A stretch of DNA of 62,450 nt, counting the filler, from Nemertoderma westbladi (Eukaryota; Animalia; Xenacoelomorpha): assembly GCA_032718475.1 (NCBI GenBank). It is 3 parts of 3 records of this genome, joined end to end, with 100 filler letters (N's around TTAATTAATTAA, not from the genome) between each part and the next. Parts side by side here need not be neighbours in the genome. Positions count along the whole stretch, not along the records: positions 54,273 to 62,450 come from JAUCBJ010006017.1; 2 more parts are not named here. The stretch is one strand, 5' to 3'. Made by a program: the position numbers and the translations under genes. The notes beneath the pieces are model-generated. The model was not told where the DNA came from and ran no database searches. It saw nothing but the letters and a program-made list of their open reading frames with translations. The first letter of the stretch is position 1. Every line of letters begins with the position of its first letter. Positions 54,273-62,450 of this stretch are shown here, piece after piece.

Positions 54273-55589
54273 AACCCAGCGTTTCAAAATTTTTTACCAA
54301 AATATGTTCATTAGGTATGTTTATTTTCATTGAACATAAAAGTTTTGATAAAATTTTATGTCAAAAATATAAGGAAGTTTACTAATATAACCATTCTATT
54401 AAATCAGTAAGAAGCGAACACTGTTAGTGGTCGACGCATATTGTCTTACTTGAGAACCTCCGAAAGGGCCGATATGTCTTCGGGGGATTCAAATTTATGC
54501 AGGAGAATAAACCTATCATGATGGTTCTTAAAGAATAACCCCCCCCCCCCCCCCCCAAGTCCAACAGTAGCTTCATCTCTACATCAGATATAGAACTAAT
54601 TTTACTATCCTTCATGAATTTCGATGGACGGTTTCTTTTTACTGGCGGTCTCCGAGGAATTTGAGACATTTAGCACACTGAAGTCAGAACAGATTCCGAG
54701 TTTACTGAATATATCGCCCGTCGAAATGTACTGAAGCGCCACTGTAGACCGAGCGCGCGAGCGGCCCCAGACCAAGATTAGGCCCCCGCGGCGCCGTGGC
54801 TACCAGCCCGTGTAGAGGTGATAATAACTATTCAAATAAACACAGGTACTGACGTAATCAGGTAATGTAATCATGATAAGGCATTGATGCGTAACAGCAT
54901 AATTCATTCATCAGTAATCAATGCCTAACGCAGCACTGTAGCAATGCACATACTGAATAATTCACTACATTATTACCGGACCAGTACCAGAGTACTGCAG
55001 TACTGAAATATAAGTGCACTGGCTGACACTTAAACTTTTCGACTGACACATTGGCCATTTTCACAATTTTATAAACCTTGCCAATGAAATCAGCACATTC
55101 TAAAACCTCAGTAGCCAAACTATAAGGTCAAATTACCACTTTTGGCTATTTGAGAATTTCGAGCACTTGTAATTTTGGTGCTCTTTTAGTGTCTATTATA
55201 AAATAACCAATGAAGATTTTATTCTAATTTCGCTTTCGATTACTAATAATTAATTCGACTAACCAAAAAAGCATAGTATGGTTTAATGGTTATACCGAAT
55301 CCTTGAAGGGTGATGTATTTTGAGTGTATGCGAAAGTGCTGATATGGTATGGGTGCCAGAAACTCTTCATATCTCGAAACTACTAGAGCTATTAAATTTT
55401 TATTTGCCTCACCTGAAAGAGGATATAATTTTAGTTAGGGACAAGTACTTTCGACGCACGAGACCTATTGTTTCAGTGGTTCTATCTAAGAGAAATAACT
55501 GGCCCATTACATTTAGGGGCTTTGCAGCAGCTTGGCCGGTCGTATAAATAGTAGGTCATGATCAAGACTGTTTGTATGACTGTCGGACT

Positions 55590-55910
55590 GTCGGACAGAC
55601 AGACAGACATACATTCAGTCTAAATCACTTTAAGCACGAAAACTGAAATCAGAAATGGATTTTCCGATCAGAAGAACCTCATAATTAAATTTTAGTCGAC
55701 TAATATGCTTCTTTATTTTTGATAGACCGACCGACCGACCGACCGAACGACCGACCGACAGACAGACACAGATACAGTCTAGATTTCTTCAAGCATGAAA
55801 ACCAATATCGGAAATGAAATCTCCAACCAGAAATACCCCCACAATAAATTTTTAGTTAGCTAGAATGCTTTTATATTTTTGACAGACAGACAAACAGATG
55901 AACAGAGATA
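55590..55910. repeat. Two to three diverged tandem units with (GACA)n/(GACC)n microsatellites, DINE/Helentron-like
   Basis: cagtcta...aagca.gaaaac...gaaatg..atttt.agt occurs twice, separated by GACA/GACC tracts. Confidence 0.45.
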
Positions 55911-56355
55911 GTTCGATTTTTTATCCTGCGAGAGAGATTTCCTGCATTTAAATCAATATTTCAAAATTACTATAATACAATTTTCCTTTCATATACTTTC
56001 ACTATTTATTGCGCAACTTTTGAACTGTGGGTCGCAATGACATGTGGGTAGGGACATTTGAAAGCTAATTAAAATGCGCTTCTTATGCAATACATAACTC
56101 AAAAATTATTTTTTCTCGGAATCGTCTGGTTTCTATGCACTGACACATGTTGAAACCATTAAAACTGAAATATTTCCTCTTATACTGTAATAGTTCAACT
56201 GTATTGTTATGAAAGCATGGTATTCCCAATGAACTGTAAGAAGAGACAAACATAAACAACCGCGTTCAATGAGAGAACTGACTTACCGTCAGTTGATCAC
56301 TTGAACAAACCTACTTGCTCGATAAATTGAAATTCTAACAAACTTTGTAACTTAA

Positions 56356-57477
56356 GGGTGGGGGTTCACCCCCAGTCTTTTCTTTCATCATAATTTTTTT
56401 TAATGTGTTTTCCGATGTAAAATTTTATGGTGATTCCGAATCTGAAATCAGTGTTTTGTTCTCGAGTTATGGTAACTTTTGTACTTTTCACTCAAAATTT
56501 CAAATTTTTGAATTTTGGTGCAGCACCACATTTGACACCAAATAAAACCATCAAATACCCATAAATGTCCAAATATTTTGCCATTTTCGGAATCAGCGCC
56601 GAAAATTAGCCTATAGGTACCAAAAACCACAAAAGTAGAATATATTTGAAAAATTTGAAAAAAATTTCACTTTTGGTGCATGTTTGGTCAGTTGTAAACA
56701 GGATGAAATTTAAATGTCATTTTTCTACTATTGGCTTTTTTGGGACACTTTCTCTATCTACTTTTTAACTACTCCACGGATTTTCGTTCTGTTTGCAGAA
56801 TTATGTAGAGGAATATTCCCCGCAAAAATTGTATAGACAGAATTTTGAAATTTTTTTTCAAAAAAAAAGTTATGGAATTTTTTGTGTAAAAAATCGCTAA
56901 ATTTTGGATTTTTTCGATTTTTCGGTAATTTTGAAACGAAAAATGCAATAACTTTTTTTTTAAACAAAATTTCAAAATTCTCTCTATACAAATTTTGCGG
57001 GGAATATTCCTCTGCATAATTCTGCCAACAGAAAGAAAATCCGTGGAGTAGTTAAAAAGTAGATAGAGAAAGTGTCCCAAAAAAGCCAATGCGAGAAAAA
57101 TGACATTTAAATTTCACCCTGATTACAACTGTCCAAACATGCACCAAAAGTGAAAATTTTTTCAAATTTTTCAAATATATTCTACTTTTGTGGTTTTGAT
57201 ACCTATAGGCTAATTTTCGGCGCTGATTCCGAAAATGGCAAAATATTTGCACATATGGGTGTTTGATAGTTTTGTGGTGCTGCACCAAAATCAAAAAATT
57301 TGAAATTTTGAGTGAAAATTACAAAAGTTACCATAACTCGAGAACAAAACACCTTATCGAAAAACTGATTTCAGATTCGGAATCACCATAAAATTTTACA
57401 TCGGAAAACACATTAAAAAAAATTATGATGAAAGAAAAGACTGGGGGTGAACCCCCCCCCCCCCCCCCCCCACCCCC
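56356..57477. mobile_element. 1.1-kb near-perfect palindromic MITE, Kolobok-type ends
   Basis: TTAA|GGG...CCC|TTAA (TTAA at 56352-55 and 57478-81) with arms of ~520 bp. RR...YY termini inside TTAA fit Kolobok rather than piggyBac. Confidence 0.85.
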
Positions 57478-57826
57478 TTAACGGATTAATAAGTAGTTTC
57501 ACATTAACTTTACACACCATAATAATTGCACTAATGAAATAGTTTCAAATTTACTAAGCATAGCAATTGCACTGATGAATTAGTTTCACTTTCACTAACC
57601 ATAATAATTGAACTGATAAATTAGTTTCAGTATCGTTTTAACATTAGACAACATACAGTAATACCGGTAATTACATTCAGGGAATAGTTTCAGTTTCAGT
57701 TCGACAACATAATTCCCTCACTGTATGAGCCTAAAACAGCCCCACCAACTAACAAACTACTAAACCACCTACTGTATATAAAATTCCCAAATAATATCAT
57801 TAATTAATTAATTACATTCATTAATT

Positions 57827-60800
57827 CTATTGTTTCATTGCCCGAAGACGCCCAACAAGGCTCCGCATTTCCCCAACACCGATCGCTCCGCCAATCAGCT
57901 GCCTGTATGCCTTCCGTCTCCACGACATCAACTCAAACTCATTGGCCTTCTCTTTGCCTAACTTAATAACCGAACGGGGTAAATTAGCCAATCGGGCGGC
58001 GTTGAACCCGTAACTCTTGGGACAGGCGTTGCCTTCCAGCTTGTAGAGGAAGGTGATGGTCTCCTCGGTGGGATCCTCGGTGTCCCGCTCCACCATGCAG
58101 GCCATGTGGCCGAGAGAGACAGCGGGATCATTAGCGAACTCCTCGACGAGGGAGTGGTAGTGTGTAGAGAAGAGGGTGCGGACGCCCAGACGATGTACGA
58201 GGTGCCGCAACACGGAGGTAGCGATAGCGGTGCCGTCGTAGGTCGCGGTGCCCCTACCCAACTCGTCCACCAGCACCAGGGAGTCCCTCGTCGCGTGTTC
58301 CAGAATGCAGGCGGTCTCGCTTAACTCCACGTAGAAGGTGGACTCGGCGCTGAGGATGCGGTCGTTGGCCCCGAGTCGCGTGAAGATCCGGTCGACGGGA
58401 GACAGCCGACAGCGGGTCGCCGGGACCAGACAACCCAGTTGGGACAAAACAACAACCAGACCGACCTGACGCATAAGGGTAGACTTACCGCCCATGTTGG
58501 GTCCGGTGACAACGAGACAGGTGGAAGGGGAGTCGTCGCAACCGTCCTCGTTGCTAGGGTTACCGTCCCCGTTGCTAGGGTTACCGTTCCCGTTGCTAGG
58601 GTTACCGTCCCCGTTGCTAGGCAGCCCCAGCAATGTATCGTTCGCTATGAACCCGGACAGCATCCCCGCCACCACGGGGTGCCGCGCGCCCCGCAACTCG
58701 AGGAAGACCCCGCGACCGACGACGAACTCCGGCCGACACATCGGCCCGGAGTCGGAACCGGAGTAAACCGCGAGCGAGCGGAGCACGTCGAGTTCGGCGA
58801 CGCATCGCACGGCGGCCGCCCAACCGCGGCGGTGCGAGTCGAAGGCGACGAAGAGCGCGCGCATCGAGTCGCCCAGAGCGGCGTCCCGACGCGCTTCCGC
58901 CCGCTCTACGTCGAAGCGGAGTCGCTCGCTCTCCCGCGTCGTGTATCGTCGGAACCCCTTCCGTTGCGACTTCAACAGGAAGTCGTCCGGGACGCGAACC
59001 CTGTCCGGAATCTCCATCTGCATCCGGTTCTTGTCCCGTCCGAAGTACTGCATCCCCCGGCACCCCAACCTCCGTCGCTGCTCCCCCAGGTAGACCTCGG
59101 ATTCCCGCGTAATCTCCGCGATTTCCGCAATCGCTTCGTCGTATTCCTCGCTGACTCCTTTACTCGGGAGGATAACCCCCGCGGCGACCGCCTCCTTACG
59201 GTCGAACGCGCGATCGAACCAGCGGAGGGTGGAGTCCAACGCAGGAAACCGGCCCCCGTCATCGGACAACGTCACCAGTTCCTAGGAAAGAGAGGCAGTT
59301 TATTAGGAGAGAAATTGAATAATATAAAAAGAAGCATTGTGTATTTAGTATAACTTTATAGTATGACAGGGACAGGATGAGCAGAGGGACAAAAATCGAT
59401 ACCTTGAGACAAAACATGACCCGTTCAAACTGATTGATAACACTAAATTCAAATAGATAGAGGTATAGTGAGGTTGCATTATTTCTTATCGCGTACAGAT
59501 GACCCTGCTTGGACAGCGAAGAATCTGCATAGTATAGTACACCTTACTCAACAGTTGGATAATCAAACTGGGTACCGTTCCGGTACTTGTCTGCAATAAT
59601 TTAGTTTCTGTTTGCAGCCTAATGTGCAGGAAGTGTGGCGAACTATTTAACTAATTCAATTCAATTTTATGACAAAACAAATTAACAATAATGAATATGT
59701 TATGTAACTCTGTAAGTAGAACGGGATGGGATGTATGTATGTATATTATACGCATAACTTTATACGGCTGTGGGAATCCAGTTGCGTCCATAGGAAACAT
59801 CATTATGTATGTTATGCACGTTTCTATTACGCACAGGTGCACGGTATGTAGAGAGATTGATTACCAATGTATAAACAAAACAATAAATATCAAATTGTGA
59901 GCCTAGCATCAATTAGCCTATCAGAACAGTTTTATATAGTTTGACCTCCTGGTATTTGAGTGGATTGGGTGTTGATATTCAACCTTTTGTTACAAGTCGC
60001 ACCGCAGCTATTCGGGATTTATTTGAACCGATAGAAAGATTCAATTATTAGGTGAGATCATTTACAATATATTCTGGAACCTAGTTATAACTAAATAATG
60101 TAATATAATAAAGCAGAAACTAAGACAAGATTCCATCTCTCACCCTTAGTAACTCGGCAGTAACTCCCTCGTTGTCTCTCAACGTCGCAACGATGTTGTT
60201 GAGACGGTTGAACCCGTCGAGACCCGAGAGGAAGTCGTTGATCTTCCGATGATTGTGTTTCTCGAAGAAAATGGCTCGGCTGTCGGGGTGAGCGGGATTC
60301 CGGGCCCCAAGGGTGTGTATCCGGGAGAGAAGTCGTTCCAAATCCGGAAGCTTCCGGAGTCCGGAGAGACTCGGCTCCTCCAGATCGATGAGCTGCTGGA
60401 CCGTGTCGAGACGCCGCCCAATCGCGACCGGGTCAACCAACGGGGCGCTCAGCCAATGGCGCAGCAGCCGTTTACCCATCGGGGTGGCGCAGTGGTTAAG
60501 GAGCGAGTAGAGAGATCCGTCGGAGTCGGAAAGTACGTCGAGGTTCGCGAGAGTCACCCCGTCGAGGATCATAGCGGACGGCGGGTTGGGGGCGTTGGGT
60601 CTCCCGGGAGTGCTCCCCTCTCCAACGGGAGCGCTCCCCTCGCTACAAGGAGTACTCCCGTGTCTGTACTCCCAGAAACTCCCCAAGGACAGTAACTCGT
60701 AGTCGCACAGACATTTCTTTAAGTAGAACAGAATAGCGCCGAACGCGGATAGAGCGAGTCGGTTCCTGTCCGGCGTCCCGGACAGCGGAATCCGTCCGGA

Positions 60801-61466
60801 CTCGGACCCCGTCAACTCGAGTAGCACCCCCGGGGTTTCCCGGCCCTCGAAGTATTTGTTCTCGACGAGTTCCCGAACGGTTCGCTCCGGCGTCAGGAAC
60901 TCGGGGCCGGGGACCAGTCGCTCGATCGCCGCGATCTGATTGGCCAACACGGCCGCGGTGCGCTCGGATTTGCGGCCCCGTTCCAGCAGGATCTGCGCCG
61001 GCGGGAAGCGGCCGATCAGCGTGGCGAGCTTCGAGCCGTGTCGGTCGTCCGGGAACTGCCCAACGCCGAAACTCCCGGTCGAGGTATCCACCACGGCGAC
61101 CCCGTAGATCCCCGTCTCCTCGGCAACTGCCAATAGGAAGCCGGACAGCGCGGAGCTCGGCTCGCCTTCCACGTGGTTGTAAGTACGCGTTCCCATGGTT
61201 ACAATACGACAGACCTCCCGTTTAACGACCTTATCGAATTTAGTCGAGGACCGGGATTCCTTTATTCGTGACGTCATCATCTCAGGGGTTTCTGTTTGCT
61301 CTATACGCGCGACCTTGTAACCCTTAGCGACCAGGGAGGCTGCGTACCGATGGTATGCCGATTCAGGGAAGCCGCAGTGGGCGTAGTCGCCCTTCATGTA
61401 GGTGAGGTTGAGTTGGTGGACTCCGACCACCGCGTCCTGGTGGTACAACTCGTAGAACTTACCGAC
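57827..61466 (-). CDS. MSH6: DNA mismatch repair protein MSH6, last two exons (61466-60144, 59281-57827); 5' exons outside the window
   Basis: VGKFYELY (mismatch-binding FxE), HCGFPE, KVARIEQTETPEM, Walker A GPNMGGKST, DRIFTRLGA, DELGRGT, STHYH and CPKSYG; phase-0 GT-AG intron. Confidence 0.97.
58541..58621 (-). repeat. 21-bp in-frame minisatellite in MSH6 (PSNGDGN x ~4)
   Basis: gttgctagggttaccgtcccc repeats just upstream of Walker A. Confidence 0.95.
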
Positions 61467-61499
61467 CTGAGAGAGGAATGTGTTGGTTAGTAATCTGTG

Positions 61500-62062
61500 A
61501 TGGGGATGGGGGGGGGGGCACTGGACGCAATGGGAGAGGGGAGGGGGGAGGAGGGTGGACTCTGGACGCAATGGGAGAGGGGAGGAGGTTGGAGGGGGGC
61601 TCTGAACGCAATGGGAGAGGGGAGGAGGGGGTGGGGGGTGGGGTGGGGTGGGGGGCTCTGGACGCAATGGGAGTGGGAGAGGGGAGGAGGGGGGGTTCTA
61701 GACGCAATGGGAGAGGGGAGGATGGAGGGGGGGGGGGGGGGGCTCTGGACGCAATGGGAGAGGGGACGGAGGGGGAACGGGGCTCTGGACGCAATGGGAG
61801 GGGGGAGGAGGGTATGGGAGGGGGGGTGGGGGTCTCTGGGCGCAATGGGAGAGGGGAGGGGGCTCTGGACGCAATGCAAGAGGGGAGAGGGGAGGAGGGT
61901 GGACTCTGGACGCAATGGGAGAGGGGAGGAGGGTGGAGGGGGGCTCTGGACGCAATGGGAGAGGGGAGGAGGGGGGGGGGGTGGATGGGATGGGGGCTCT
62001 GGACGCAATGTGGAGAGGGGAGGAGGGGGGCTCTGGACGCAATTGGAGAGGGGAGAAGGGTG
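61500..62062. repeat. G-rich minisatellite (ctctggacgcaatgggagaggggagg + variable G runs) in an MSH6 intron
   Basis: About 14 units with a constant core and variable G tracts. Confidence 0.92.
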
Positions 62063-62450
62063 GAGTGTAGAATAAAACGTCTGTCCTTATCTGATCTGAT
62101 CTGATGGCATATGATCCTATAACCAATCAGGAGATAGAGATATAATATTGTATAAGGTACTGTCAGTTAGGTAAATAGCCAATAGGAGATCAGGTTGCTA
62201 AGTTACCATGTTACGTATCAGAATCATCATAATATGACATACAGCAGTACATGCATATCGGTACCAATGCAACAAGGGCATTGTGATGGTATTATAGCCC
62301 ACTATACAATACAGTATAGTGGGCTGAATTAGTATTTATATTAAAAATGCGATATTGGCAAGTCTTTGGATATAGGATGGAGGATGGCGGGTCTGAAAGT
62401 GTGTGATTACTGTGATTGCCCCAGCAAAGATGGATAGTATCAGATGTAAA

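Noticed and set aside
54424-54669. Short basic ORF downstream of a GC-rich patch
   Set aside because: Runs into a poly-C tract with no splice donor or recognisable homology.
58106-60695. Antisense and alternative-frame ORFs over MSH6
   Set aside because: Expected shadows of GC-rich coding sequence.
61459-62126. Pro- and Gly-rich ORFs, including the N-terminus of the 515-aa ORF
   Set aside because: Intronic G-rich minisatellite; MSH6 homology starts at the acceptor at 61466.

Overview
AT-rich, repeat-rich genomic DNA from an invertebrate animal (spliceosomal introns, standard code). It consists of three contigs joined by two synthetic 100-bp spacers (44 N + TTAATTAATTAA + 44 N). Host genes: a complete 4-exon mab-21 gene (- strand, 28691-34008), the first three coding exons of an MFSD6-like transporter (+, 50627-52807) and the last two very GC-rich exons of MSH6 (-, 57827-61466). 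Mobile DNA: an intact Tc1-superfamily transposase (DD36E spacing) head-to-head with a spliced BEN-domain gene, a 5'-truncated L2/CR1-group LINE, CR1 and RTE fragments, several MITE/foldback elements, tRNA-derived SINE heads, and a TSD-flanked Penelope-like non-autonomous insertion carrying hammerhead ribozyme cores. Tandem arrays have 17-, 21-, 63-, 68- and 93-bp units. The three most interesting candidates are (1) the two-gene Tc1 + BEN module, (2) a hammerhead whose apparent substrate strand lies inside its own stem II loop, and (3) a strong excess of TA-X-TA motifs (TAGGCCTA, TACCGGTA, TACAGTA/TACTGTA) that look like transposon excision footprints. All family calls come from motif recognition by eye; no database searches were run.
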